A stretch of DNA of 64,000 nt from positions 1,504,001 to 1,568,000 of the forward strand of contig CAXXVS010000002.1 of assembly GCA_963674755.2 (NCBI GenBank), read 5' to 3'. The notes under the pieces were generated by a model. That model was given only the letters and a program-made list of their open reading frames with translations, was not told the DNA's origin and searched no databases. The position numbers were made by a program, and so were the translations under genes. This document shows, piece by piece, positions 53,840-63,042 of the stretch (position 1 is the stretch's first letter; each line of letters begins with the position of its first letter). The stretch comes from Desulfobacterales bacterium (lineage in GTDB: Bacteria; Desulfobacterota; Desulfobacteria; Desulfobacterales; UBA5852).

Positions 53840-55788
53840 CAGTGACGATTCCCCGGCCCCATGGGCGTCAACAAAGGCGTGTGGGCATCGTGGACAGCCG
53901 CGTTGAGCCGGATCAGCGTTTTCTCCCCCACCACGCCGTCCACCGGTACGTGGCTGCGTTCCTGGAAACGCATCACCGCCTGTTGCAGCGCTTCATCGAA
54001 ATATCCCTCTTGTCGGTCATTGCCGGATGACGGTTCACGCCCCTCGATGCGTGCCAGACGATCCCGCAGCCAGAGCACGTCAATGCCCCGGCTGCCCTTT
54101 TGCAGCATCAGATTTTCGAGCAGCGGAGGGCGCCAGAGCAGAACAAATTGGCCGTTCCAGGCCGCCCGCACCGCCGGGGCGTCGAAGGTGCGTTCCCGGC
54201 CGCCGATGTTGAGGGTCACCTGTTGGTTCGTCATGGCGCCCACCGTCACGTAGTGCACCTGCCCGCGTTCATCGAACAGGGTCAAGACCGCCGGGCGGTT
54301 GTAGGCCGCCAGGTGCTCGAGGCGGCCCGTCCTGGAAAGGCATCGCAAACCGGCGCCCAAAGCCCGCACACAGGCGGTATGGCCCGCCAGCGCGTCGAAG
54401 TTCAACTGCCAGTACTGAAAAAGCGTCCTGTAGGCGGTTTCGGCATCCGTCTTCAGGCGCCCGCTGCCCAAAAGCGCCGTCAGATCCCCGGGCAGCGCAG
54501 CCGGCCGGTCTTCCCGCGGAACCGCCAGGGCCAGAAGATCCGTCTTGGGGGGCATCGTCTTCTCAGGGTTTTCCGGCACAGCAGCCGTAACCGATGCGGG
54601 CGCCGGCGGCGCCGGTTCGCTCCCGTCAATGAGGGCGAGCGCTTCGGGGCGCGGGTTTTCGGTTGCCGCAAGTTTCCGTTCCTGACGGAGGGCTTCCGCG
54701 GCCGGATCGTTCGTATCCTGGGGGGGGTCCGCTTGCGCCGCGGGCGATCCGGCCGGGGACGGCATCTGCGCCGCGGTCTCCCCTGCCGGTGCGGGCTTTG
54801 CAGCCGCGATCGCCTGCGATGGGGGTTTCTCCGCCAAAGGTTCGGCCGTTTCGGTTTTCGCCGCCAGGGAAGGTTCGCTCGCGATGGGCCACTGGGTATA
54901 GGCCCAGCCCCCGATAAATCCGAGCAGAAGAAGTGCCGGAATCCCCCACACCAGGCCCAACCGTCTCGGCCGGGCCGGCGCCCGGCCCTTGATTTCTTGT
55001 TCGGCCTGTCTCACCAAGGCGGGGGTGATAAGGTCCGCTTGGCGGGCATAGGCGCCCAGCAGGGCCCGGTCGCAGATGATATTGATCAGACGCGGGACCC
55101 CCTGGCTGCCCTTGTAAATCTGCCGCAGGGCCTTTGGGGTGAACAATTTCTTCCGGCAACCGGCGACCGCCAGACGATGGGCGATATAGGTCTCTGTTTC
55201 GGTAGCGGAGAGCGAGGTCAGATGATAGCGGGCCGTGATGCGCTGGTCCAGTTGCCGCAACTCCGGCCGGTCCATGATGGCCTGAAGCTCGGGCTGGCCG
55301 ATCAGGAGAATCTGGAGAAGCTTGTGGCGGGTCGTCTCCAGGTTGGTCAGCAGACGAATCTGTTCCAGCACCTCCGCGCTCAGATTTTGGGCTTCATCGA
55401 TCACCAGAACCGTGCGCTTGCCCTGGCTGTGGCGCTCCAGAAGATGGGCGTTCAAGCGATCGATCAGCGTTTTGATGCTGTCGTTTTCCCGGGGATAGCC
55501 CACGCCCAGCTCGTCGCAGATGGAGGCCACCAGTTCCAGGGCCGACTGCCGCGGGTTCAGGATTAAAGCGACGTCGACTTCTTCAGGGGTGTTCTCCAGC
55601 AGATAACGGCAAAGGGTCGTCTTGCCCGTCCCCACTTCACCCGTCAACTGGACGAACCCGCCCGTATCCCCAACTCCGTACAGGAGGTGGGCAAAGGCTT
55701 CCCTGTGATCGTGACTGAGGAAAAGAAAACCGGGATCCGGCGTTATGGAAAAAGGAGCCTGCGTGAAACCGAAATAATCAATGTACAT
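53839..55788 (-). CDS. gspA: ExeA/GspA AAA ATPase with peptidoglycan-binding domain
   Basis: PFSITPDP.FL, GEVGTGKT, IDEAQNL, GQPEL, AVMRFQ...VDGVVG.KT. Confidence 0.92.
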   Translation of the reverse strand: MYIDYFGFTQAPFSITPDPGFLFLSHDHREAFAHLLYGVGDTGGFVQLTGEVGTGKTTLCRYLLENTPEEVDVALILNPRQSALELVASICDELGVGYPRENDSIKTLIDRLNAHLLERHSQGKRTVLVIDEAQNLSAEVLEQIRLLTNLETTRHKLLQILLIGQPELQAIMDRPELRQLDQRITARYHLTSLSATETETYIAHRLAVAGCRKKLFTPKALRQIYKGSQGVPRLINIICDRALLGAYARQADLITPALVRQAEQEIKGRAPARPRRLGLVWGIPALLLLGFIGGWAYTQWPIASEPSLAAKTETAEPLAEKPPSQAIAAAKPAPAGETAAQMPSPAGSPAAQADPPQDTNDPAAEALRQERKLAATENPRPEALALIDGSEPAPPAPASVTAAVPENPEKTMPPKTDLLALAVPREDRPAALPGDLTALLGSGRLKTDAETAYRTLFQYWQLNFDALAGHTACVRALGAGLRCLSRTGRLEHLAAYNRPAVLTLFDERGQVHYVTVGAMTNQQVTLNIGGRERTFDAPAVRAAWNGQFVLLWRPPLLENLMLQKGSRGIDVLWLRDRLARIEGREPSSGNDRQEGYFDEALQQAVMRFQERSHVPVDGVVGEKTLIRLNAAVHDAHTPLLTPMGPGNRH

Positions 55789-55920
55789 ATGCTGTCCACC
55801 GCGCCCGGGCTGGAAAACGCGTTTTTCCGGGGGCACCCATTTCGGTAATCTGCTGCGTGAAAAAAAAGAGCATGTACAGACGTCACTTTTGAAATAAATA
55901 CAGAAATTTGGGCACGCCTG

Positions 55921-56487
55921 TCAATAGGAGACGGGCGGTTTGCCGGACAGAACCCGTCGAACCCAAGCGGTGAATTTGCAGGGGGTGCGCATGACGAGAA
56001 ACCAGCCCAGCTTGTAGAAGCCGCGCTTGACCGCTTTGATTTCCGGCGCGATCCCGTCGGTGCTGCTGCAAAAGGTCGTCAGGCAGACCTCGGCCCGGGC
56101 GGTGGCCGGCAGGATGCAGGGCCCTTGGCCGTCCGCCAGGAAAACGCAGTCGGCGGCATAGAACGGGATTTCTTCTTCCAGACAGGTGGCCATGCGGTCG
56201 CGGCAGTCACCCGCCACGGTGAGGATGTAAACCAGATCCCAGACCCCGATAATTGCGTCGAGCTGAATATTGCGGCAGCACAGCCCCTGGCAGACATGGA
56301 TGCAGCGCGCCATGGCGGGGCCGGACTTGGCCAGGAGCTCGGCCTCGGCGGATTGGATCGCATCGCAGATTTGGCCCAGACGGACCTTGTCGTCCGGCCC
56401 CAATCGCGCCAGGATACGCTCCGCTTCGGCAAAGTCCGCGCTGATGCCCATGCGCCCCCTTTCGGGCAGTCGTGCTCCCCAATGCAT
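55921..56487 (-). CDS. Cys-rich hypothetical protein (YkgJ-like metal cluster)
   Basis: CIHVCQGLCC, CVFL..GPCIL...R.EVC.TTFC. Confidence 0.65.
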   Translation of the reverse strand: MHWGARLPERGRMGISADFAEAERILARLGPDDKVRLGQICDAIQSAEAELLAKSGPAMARCIHVCQGLCCRNIQLDAIIGVWDLVYILTVAGDCRDRMATCLEEEIPFYAADCVFLADGQGPCILPATARAEVCLTTFCSSTDGIAPEIKAVKRGFYKLGWFLVMRTPCKFTAWVRRVLSGKPPVSY

Positions 56488-56727
56488 CCTTTATGAAGGA
56501 AGGTGACGCAAACCGCAAGGGGCGTGGAAGGGCGGCGTCACATCAAGACCCGCCGGATCGCGCTGCGGCGTCATTCCTCCACACGGTGAACAGGTTGCAT
56601 AGGCCTTAACGCTGTTTTATCTCCTGAACACAGGGGCGTGTTAGCCGGGCACGACCGCACCAACTTTCGGGCGGCACGCCGTTTCGATGAAAAGCACGGC
56701 TTCGCTAGGAAAGGCAATTTTATAAGT

Positions 56728-56897
56728 AGTGTCCGTCCAGAGATGGTAAATTTCGGTTCTGGCCAAAGCCGCAGCGATTTGAAAACCGACGGCGTAGCCG
56801 TATGAGCGATAGTGTTGCGTAGCTGGGCTACGGCGAGGATTTCCACAGCGCAAGAAAGCCGGCCGGGGCTGAAAGATGCCGTTTATGGATAGGCAGT
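56728..56897 (+). mobile_element. MITE-like element, family 1, copy with internal insertion
   Basis: AGTGTCCGTCCAGAGATGGTAAATTTCGGTTC...GGCGTAGCC...GGGCTACGGCGAGGA...AAAGATGCCGTTTATGGATAGGCAGT aligns end to end with copy 1. Confidence 0.75.
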
Positions 56898-56988
56898 GCG
56901 ACTCCTCCTGCCTAGCGGGAGATCTCGGGAAGCCCTTTCGAAGGGGGCTTGAAAAAGGTTTCTGAGGTTCGGCTTTTGAATTTCCCTT

Positions 56989-57167
56989 TGTCCCGCGCTG
57001 AGCATCGGCGCGGCGGACGGATTAAAGCGCGCGGACTGTTTGAGTCCGCCGTAGCCTTGGCGAAGGCGGGCGAGTTTCCGCGTGCTCCGGCCGCCGTGAC
57101 GACGCGCAGGGAGAAGCGGGACACGGGCGTTTTCTTTTGCTTCCGTTTTCTTTCACGTGAAAGAAAA
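56989..57167. repeat. Nested multi-hairpin intergenic element
   Basis: TGTCCCGC/GCGGGACA outer stem, CCGCC-GTAGCCTTGGCGAA-GGCGG inner hairpin, perfect 22-bp palindrome TTTTCTTTCACGTGAAAGAAAA (57146-57167). Confidence 0.6.
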
Positions 57168-57316
57168 TGAAGAAACCAATTGATGTAAAGGCACCCCGGA
57201 TCGGTCGAACCTCTTCGCGTACTCCATCAGAGGTGGAGGGTTTAGAATAAAGAACAAAAAATGTCTCTGCTGACAAGCGTACCGCAACCCCTTAAAAACA
57301 ACGGAGCGTATACCCG

Positions 57317-58147
57317 ATGCAAACCATCAAGAATCAGATTATCCTGGTAACCGGGTCAACAGACGGCCTGGGCAAGCAGGTTGCCCAAGACCTGGCAGCC
57401 CAGGGGGCGACCATCCTCATGCACGGCCGCCACCCGGCCAAAGGAGAGGCCGTGCTGCAGGATGTCCGGCAGTCCACCGGCAACCCTAACCTCACCTACT
57501 ACAACGCCGACTTGGCCTCCCTCGATGCGGTGCGGCAGCTCTGCGAACAGCTACAGGCCGACCAGACGCGGCTGGATGTGCTCATCAACAACGCCGGCCT
57601 GGGGCCGGGTGCACGGCAATCCCGGCGCGAGCAGAGTACTGACGGCCATGAATTGCGGTTTGCCGTCAACTACCTGGCACCCTACCTGTTGACCTATCGC
57701 TTGCTTCCGCTGCTCCGCCGGTCGCCGGCCGCGCGCATCGTCAATGTCGCTTCCATCGGCCAGCAGCCCATTGAATTCGACAATATCATGCTGGAGGATG
57801 GCTACGACGGCCTGCGGGCCTACCGCCAGAGCAAACTGGCCCAGATCATGTTTACCTTCGACCTGGCCGGGGAGCTCGAGGGATCCGGCATTACCGTCAA
57901 TTGCCTGCACCCGGCGACCCTGATGAACACCAAAATGGTGGTTGAAACAGACTACTTCGGGGGCGGCATGAGCACCGTGGCCCAGGGGGCGCAGGCTGTG
58001 GTGTATCTCGCCACCGCCCCCGAACTGGACAATGTCACGGGGCAGTTCTATGACGGCATGCGGTCAGCACGGGCCAATGCGCAGGCCTATGACAGGGAAG
58101 CCCGCCGCCAGCTGCGGGCGCTAAGCCGGCAGCTTACTGGGCTATGA
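57317..58147 (+). CDS. Short-chain dehydrogenase/reductase
   Basis: TGSTDGLG, NNAG, YRQSK, LHPA. Confidence 0.93.
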   Translation: MQTIKNQIILVTGSTDGLGKQVAQDLAAQGATILMHGRHPAKGEAVLQDVRQSTGNPNLTYYNADLASLDAVRQLCEQLQADQTRLDVLINNAGLGPGARQSRREQSTDGHELRFAVNYLAPYLLTYRLLPLLRRSPAARIVNVASIGQQPIEFDNIMLEDGYDGLRAYRQSKLAQIMFTFDLAGELEGSGITVNCLHPATLMNTKMVVETDYFGGGMSTVAQGAQAVVYLATAPELDNVTGQFYDGMRSARANAQAYDREARRQLRALSRQLTGL

Positions 58148-58655
58148 CCGCGCTAAGGTGAGCGGTGTGTCGTTTACGCGATGGTATACAACCACCCGTT
58201 ACCGCATTTGCATAACTGGGATCCTAAAGCCCTATCCCCCTCTCGATCCCGGATAAACCCTATCGCCTGTCTTTGCATTTCCCATGCGCATTTTTCCCGT
58301 AAAAATTGCTCTCAAGTGATTGTAGGTATTGCAAGAGACCGTCGTATACAGTATATGCGAAATAGTTCTTTCCTTTGCTTCAAAAAATAATTGGGAAGGG
58401 GTTCGGTTTTTACCTACCCACAAGGCACCCAGTTCACATTCTTAGCCAATAACCTGCCCCCTCCTTTATCAGTTGTTTTTATTCAACCTTTCCTGTTTTG
58501 CCAAAATCTTGAATTCTTAAGGCTACCCTATAGGTACGCCTTTTCGAAAATAGTAAGTGGGTTTTTAGATCTCTTCTGCGGAGGCGGCGGGCTTCTGTTG
58601 ATGATTCATGTTCGCTAATCGAGTGTGATGAAATCGGATATTTGAAAGGACATAA

Positions 58656-58728
58656 GGATCAGGTCTCAATATTTACCAAACCAAAAGTCTGGTTCCAACT
58701 AATTTGTCAGATGTTGAGACCCGACCCC
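58656..58728. repeat. Junction hairpin repeat, copy A
   Basis: GGATCAGGTCTCAATATTT...AGATGTTGAGACCCGACCCC with inner AACCA/TGGTT stem. Confidence 0.85.
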
Positions 58729-58770
58729 TGATCCTTTTTCTGGACTAGAAGTGTCTCAAAATAATTTTCC

Positions 58771-58801
58771 GCGTAACTATGTCGCTGCGACATAATTACG
58801 C
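58771..58801. repeat. 31-bp near-perfect palindrome
   Basis: GCGTAACTATGTCGC-T-GCGACATAATTACGC (arms match 14/15). Confidence 0.8.
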
Positions 58802-58855
58802 TAATAAGCGGTAAAAGACGCAAATTGAGGAAAAGGTTGTGATCTACATATTTTG

Positions 58856-58883
58856 TTTACTTTAGGTATCACACTGTTATGAT
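58856..58883 (+). promoter_or_regulatory. Candidate sigma70 promoter ahead of the first cassette
   Basis: TTTACT-N16-TATGAT with extended -10 TG; AT-rich context weakens significance. Confidence 0.4.
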
Positions 58884-58985
58884 GTAAAAATATCAATAAA
58901 CGCGAAGTCATGCATCGAGACCCGAAAAGTGTCTCATATTTCAGTTTCCGTCAAAAAGTTGAAAACTATTTAATATTATAGTTCG

Positions 58986-59372
58986 ATGACCAATATGACA
59001 TCTACAAACAACAATATTCTCATCAATGCTGATGACACCGTAAGAGATATAGTGGACCGGATAATGGCAATTTTATCTGAAAATAAAGCCAATTTATCCA
59101 AATTGAAAAATGAAATATGCCTTCTTTTGGAGCACTTGACAACGGAAGAAGGAAGAACCGATCTAAATTGTAAGGCTGTCGATTATTATTTTATGAATAA
59201 TGACCTGTGGGCTGAAAAAGATTTCCCAGATGAATTGCATGATATTTTTGCGGACATCTCTGGGGCTTTGCACGATACAATTTCATCGCCTGATGTGGCA
59301 AAAAATTTTGATTCAACTCCAGAGCAACTGCTGGAAAGACTAAGAAAGGTTCGCATCGAACCAGGGCATTAA
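58986..59372 (+). CDS. Hypothetical cassette protein
   Basis: 128-aa ORF bracketed by GTTCGAT (58981) and ATCGAAC (59355); its stop lies inside the attC. Confidence 0.8.
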   Translation: MTNMTSTNNNILINADDTVRDIVDRIMAILSENKANLSKLKNEICLLLEHLTTEEGRTDLNCKAVDYYFMNNDLWAEKDFPDELHDIFADISGALHDTISSPDVAKNFDSTPEQLLERLRKVRIEPGH

Positions 59373-59416
59373 GGGCGACGGCCAAAAGCCGCCGCGCCTT
59401 ATGCCCGCCGTTAAGC
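59355..59416 (+). other. Integron attC site
   Basis: R'' ATCGAAC, stem GGGCAT(T)AAGG.GCG..CGGC-CAAAA-GCCG..CGCGCCTTATGCCC with an extrahelical base, R' GTTAAGC; 62 bp. Confidence 0.85.
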
Positions 59417-59430
59417 GTAAATTAAAACTT

Positions 59431-59940
59431 ATGGATATCGAACCAGAAATCAAAGAGCTTTCTGAGTTTTTAGACGAATTCAACAAAGAAAGCGACAGGG
59501 GCGCTGTTCTTAATGCTGCAACAGTCCTTGATGAATGGCTGCTAAGCATAATTAAAGAGTTTTTAGTGGATAACCAATCTTCGAAAGAACTGTTAACTGG
59601 ATTCAATGCTCCACTTGGCACTTTTTCTTCAAGAGCAGCTGCAGCACATGCGCTAGGGTTAATCCAAGACAATGAATTTCAAGAAATCACAACAATTAGA
59701 AAAATCAGAAATGAATTTGGTCACAACTAGAGAGGTATTTCATTCAAAACACAAAAAATCTCAGACCTTGCAAACAATTTACCGTGGCTTGGACCTCCTG
59801 AAATAGAGAAGCAATCAAGCCTAAGAGTGCGTTTTGATTTTGTGGTTGCTGTTTTATTAACAGATCTATTGTGGCGTTCTCGAATGATAAAAAACGAAAA
59901 AAGAGAAATGAAGATTTGGCCAAACAGAGCCAGAAAATAG
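59431..59940 (+). pseudogene. MtlR-like / HEPN-fold cassette gene with in-frame TAG
   Basis: ESDRGAVL..LDEWL, APLGTFSSR, IRKIRNEFGH; TAG at 59728-59730, then the same frame stays open for 69 more codons. Confidence 0.8.
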
Positions 59941-59949
59941 CTATGGCTC

Positions 59950-59974
59950 GCTTAACAAAGCCATTAAGACGGAC
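59950..59974 (+). other. Left half of a truncated attC
   Basis: GCTTAAC-AAAGCCATTAAGACGGAC just after the stop; GCTTAAC is the reverse complement of the cassette-start GTTAAGC; no matching right arm seen. Confidence 0.7.
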
Positions 59975-60056
59975 CGCAATCGCGCTCGATGAACGCAAGA
60001 GCAGTAGTCGTGGTGAGAAAACCGTTAACCCAAATTTCAGTGTAGGGATAAGATTG

Positions 60057-60186
60057 GGGTCGCATCTTAATTGTTAACTATTGACATCTGCGTTATATCA
60101 GTTCTCTATACCCTATACCGACCGACGATTCCGAAATAGAATGTGGTAACTTAAACATCGTATAATTAATAATTAAGATGCGACCC
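60057..60186. repeat. Junction hairpin repeat, long variant E
   Basis: GGGTCGCATCTTAATTGTTAACTAT / ATAATTAATAATTAAGATGCGACCC, arms match 23/25, ~80-bp loop. Confidence 0.85.
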
Positions 60187-60217
60187 TCTTTCTCTTCCTT
60201 ATGTATCGAAAAAACAA

Positions 60218-60859
60218 ATGGGTTTATTAATGAATGACGAAATATCAAAAGCTATAGCAAAAGCCGGCGTTGAGGGAGGGATAGAGGCTGCTAAGGGTTT
60301 TCTTAGAAGATTAGCAGGCCCTGCTGTTGATGAATTAGGATTTCTATTGCAGGATCAAGTAAGGTTTTTTAGGCTTAAAAATCAGCTAAAAATATTATCA
60401 AAAGCCCAAAATATGATACTAAAGTCTGGCCTTTCTCCAGGGGCTATCCCACTTAGGACTTTGATCCCGTTACTGGAGGGGGCAGCTCTAGAGAATGATG
60501 AATATCTATCCAGCAAGTGGGCTGCTTTATTGGCCAATGCATCCATCGGTAAAAATGATATTGCAACGCACCCATCATTCCCACACATCCTTTCGCAACT
60601 CTCACCAGATGAGGCTTTGTTTTTGGATAAATTGGAAACATATGGTGGCGAGACTAATTGGAGTATATTCCGTAGAAATTTTGCTGCCGATTTTTCGAAG
60701 TCTATTGAAGAAGTAGATCAATATTTTGGAAACCTATTTCGCTTAGCACTGTGTCGAATATCTAACAAGGAAGCAGGAAAGCCATATAGCTCGTTATCAA
60801 TTGGGCCATTTGGCAAAAAATTCCTAAAAGCGTGCTCTTCTATCGACAATAATGCATAG
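60218..60859 (+). CDS. Abi-alpha / DUF4393-like protein
   Basis: PLLEGAALEND..L..KWAALLANAS, HPSF..ILSQLSPDEA.FL. Confidence 0.75.
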   Translation: MGLLMNDEISKAIAKAGVEGGIEAAKGFLRRLAGPAVDELGFLLQDQVRFFRLKNQLKILSKAQNMILKSGLSPGAIPLRTLIPLLEGAALENDEYLSSKWAALLANASIGKNDIATHPSFPHILSQLSPDEALFLDKLETYGGETNWSIFRRNFAADFSKSIEEVDQYFGNLFRLALCRISNKEAGKPYSSLSIGPFGKKFLKACSSIDNNA

Positions 60860-60942
60860 TCAGTTGTTGGCGCATACAGAAAATATTTCTCGATTCTATA
60901 ATATCTTGTTTGATTAACTATTTTTAAATATACTTAGCTATT

Positions 60943-62094
60943 ATGAATAGGCCAATAACCCGCGAAAACCCTATGTTTCGGACAGGAAGCGATATCAATC
61001 TTAACGCTTGTGTAGGTTATAATGGATTTCCGAACATCCACACCTATCAGTTTGGGTACCATCAAGCTGTAGTCTCATTAATTGCGACCGCAAAAGAGAA
61101 GACCTACGATTCGGATTCATTGATTTACCCAATTTTATTTTGTGCAAGGCATGCGATAGAGCTTTTTCTCAAAAAACAAATTTATCTTTTATCAGATGTT
61201 AAGGCTATTACTTTGGATAGTGATTCTGAGAACCGCCTGCTAACTGCACACAGCTTGTATTCTTTATGGAATAATTTCAAAGACCTCTCAAAAATAGATA
61301 AGAGGTATGACTCCTTTATCGATAAATTGGAGCCTCATATTAAATGTTTTTGTGATGTGGATGATACGGGCCAAACTTTTCGATACCCCTTGGATGTAGA
61401 TGGCAAACGTCATCTAACAGAGTTCGGTTGCATCAATATCGGAATTTTCAGCAAAAAATATGAATCGATGTATAAAATCATCGAAGAAGTCGTTCTTCTG
61501 ACTGAGTATATTAAAGCCGAGTACAAACAGGGCACATTTATTAAAGAATTGTCTAGAGAACAAATTTCTGAAATTGCTCACATGCTTCCGATAAGAAGGA
61601 ATTGGGTTACAGATGACTTTTCAAAAGCGAAAAACGATATTTGTGCTGAATATGGCATAGGCTCAAGAACCTTTTCAAGGACTCTTAACCTGATTCAGAA
61701 GCACCGGGAGTTTGCATCATATATTGGGATGGAACTGCCCTTAAATGAGATTACTTCACACGAATTGAAAATATTTATCAATTTGTTTAATAAACACAGA
61801 AAAAGATTCAGAACTGATGATTATATCGCCATTATAAATGATTTCCCAAACGAGGTATGCGAAAACCTTTCGAACGATAATATTTATGCTATTTCGGCTA
61901 TTTTTGACATATCATTTTTTGATTTATTCAGTGAAGAGTATGATTCTGACATTGAAAGAAATAGAAAGCGTGATGATCCATTTGGTATTGTATTCAATAA
62001 TATATCTGTAAGGCGTGGCATTGTCTTAAAACATATAAAACGTGGGCTTGGTAGATTAGGCCAGATAACTTTACTCAAAGTTTTTGACGAATAA
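60943..62094 (+). CDS. Hypothetical protein, possible HEPN-like N-terminal domain
   Basis: 383-aa ORF; D.LIYPILF..RHAIELFLK, HSL..LW, D..GQTFRYP. Confidence 0.75.
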   Translation: MNRPITRENPMFRTGSDINLNACVGYNGFPNIHTYQFGYHQAVVSLIATAKEKTYDSDSLIYPILFCARHAIELFLKKQIYLLSDVKAITLDSDSENRLLTAHSLYSLWNNFKDLSKIDKRYDSFIDKLEPHIKCFCDVDDTGQTFRYPLDVDGKRHLTEFGCINIGIFSKKYESMYKIIEEVVLLTEYIKAEYKQGTFIKELSREQISEIAHMLPIRRNWVTDDFSKAKNDICAEYGIGSRTFSRTLNLIQKHREFASYIGMELPLNEITSHELKIFINLFNKHRKRFRTDDYIAIINDFPNEVCENLSNDNIYAISAIFDISFFDLFSEEYDSDIERNRKRDDPFGIVFNNISVRRGIVLKHIKRGLGRLGQITLLKVFDE

Positions 62095-62103
62095 GAAGGA
62101 TCA

Positions 62104-62185
62104 CTGGGTCAGATCTCAACATTTTACAGCCCAGTAATAACGGTTCCAGCAAAATAAAGTTGTCAAACGTTGAGATCAGACTCAG
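62104..62185. repeat. Junction hairpin repeat, copy B
   Basis: CTGGGTCAGATCTCAACATTT...TTGTCAAACGTTGAGATCAGACTCAG, starting 10 bp after the preceding stop. Confidence 0.88.
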
Positions 62186-62334
62186 CGGTTTTTTTAATTT
62201 CAGATATTCGGATGAAATTCCTGTCAATCACTAGTTAGAAATAAAATAATGAGCAGAAACCTTACCAGAATATTTAAAAAATTAAATTTTAAACATCGGA
62301 TTCTACTTTCAAAACACAACGATCGTAGACTCCA

Positions 62335-62919
62335 ATGGAAAGTTTTAGAAAAAAAGCTGAATCAATTTTCAATGAAATAATTCAGCAAGCAAAGGATTGT
62401 AGCTTTTGGGAAAATCTTTATATTCAAAAAAGTCCAGAAAAGTGTAAAACCATATTTGAAGGTGAGAAGTATTTAAATTTCAATATGATTGCACTTTCAT
62501 ATGGGAGTCATCCAACAGATATATCCGTCGAGATATACAAATCTGGAAAAAGAGTAAACGAACGTACAATTTCAGAAACCGGGGGTGCATTCTTAATTTC
62601 CCAGATTCCAAACGGTGGCGTCACTTTTTATCTATATTCTTCTAGTTCTGAATTGCATAAAGCAGATGAATATCCAAAACTGATAAGAGTATACAAAAAG
62701 CCATGTGATGTAAAAGAAAGGCAAATTTGGAGATGTGCAATTCGATTACTAAATTTTTCACATGACACCTCTTATGCTTCTTTCTATCCTTACCATAAAT
62801 ATTTGTATGAGCTTGCGAATAAACATAAAAGAGATTTTTTATTTTTATTGATCGGTGCTTTTATGTCTTATTTTATAGCATTTATTTTTGAAAACTTAAC
62901 AAATATTTTTTCTGGATGA
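62335..62919 (+). CDS. Hypothetical cassette protein with C-terminal TM helix (possibly frameshifted from a start at 62249)
   Basis: 194-aa ORF bracketed by GTTAGAA (62234) and TTCTAAC (62926). Confidence 0.75.
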   Translation: MESFRKKAESIFNEIIQQAKDCSFWENLYIQKSPEKCKTIFEGEKYLNFNMIALSYGSHPTDISVEIYKSGKRVNERTISETGGAFLISQIPNGGVTFYLYSSSSELHKADEYPKLIRVYKKPCDVKERQIWRCAIRLLNFSHDTSYASFYPYHKYLYELANKHKRDFLFLLIGAFMSYFIAFIFENLTNIFSG

Positions 62920-62969
62920 AATAATTTCTAACAAGTGCGAAATCGCAGTCTTTTATCGAAAGAGAATGA

Positions 62970-63042
62970 GGGTTGGCTTTTAACATTTTATAAACCAAAA
63001 CTTATGGTTTCAACTAATTTGCTAAATGTTGAAAACTGGCAC
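62970..63042. repeat. Junction hairpin repeat, copy C (degenerate)
   Basis: GGGTTGGCTTTTAACATTTTATAAACCAAAACTTATGGTTTCAACTAATTTGCTAAATGTTGAAAACTGGCAC aligns with copies A, B and D. Confidence 0.8.

Noticed and set aside
58771..58812. dif/Xer site
   Set aside because: TGCGACATAA resembles a XerC arm, but there is no TTATGTTAAA-like XerD arm 6 bp away on either strand.
58150..58980. Integron integrase or transposase upstream of the array
   Set aside because: Only short ORFs with no tyrosine-recombinase or HUH motifs; no tRNA target either.
59728..59730. Pyrrolysine readthrough
   Set aside because: No pyl genes in the window; a TGG>TAG mutation is simpler in a decaying array.
60853..60942. 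attC between the Abi-alpha-like and 383-aa genes
   Set aside because: No intact AAC/GTT cores or stem; the resemblance is too weak.
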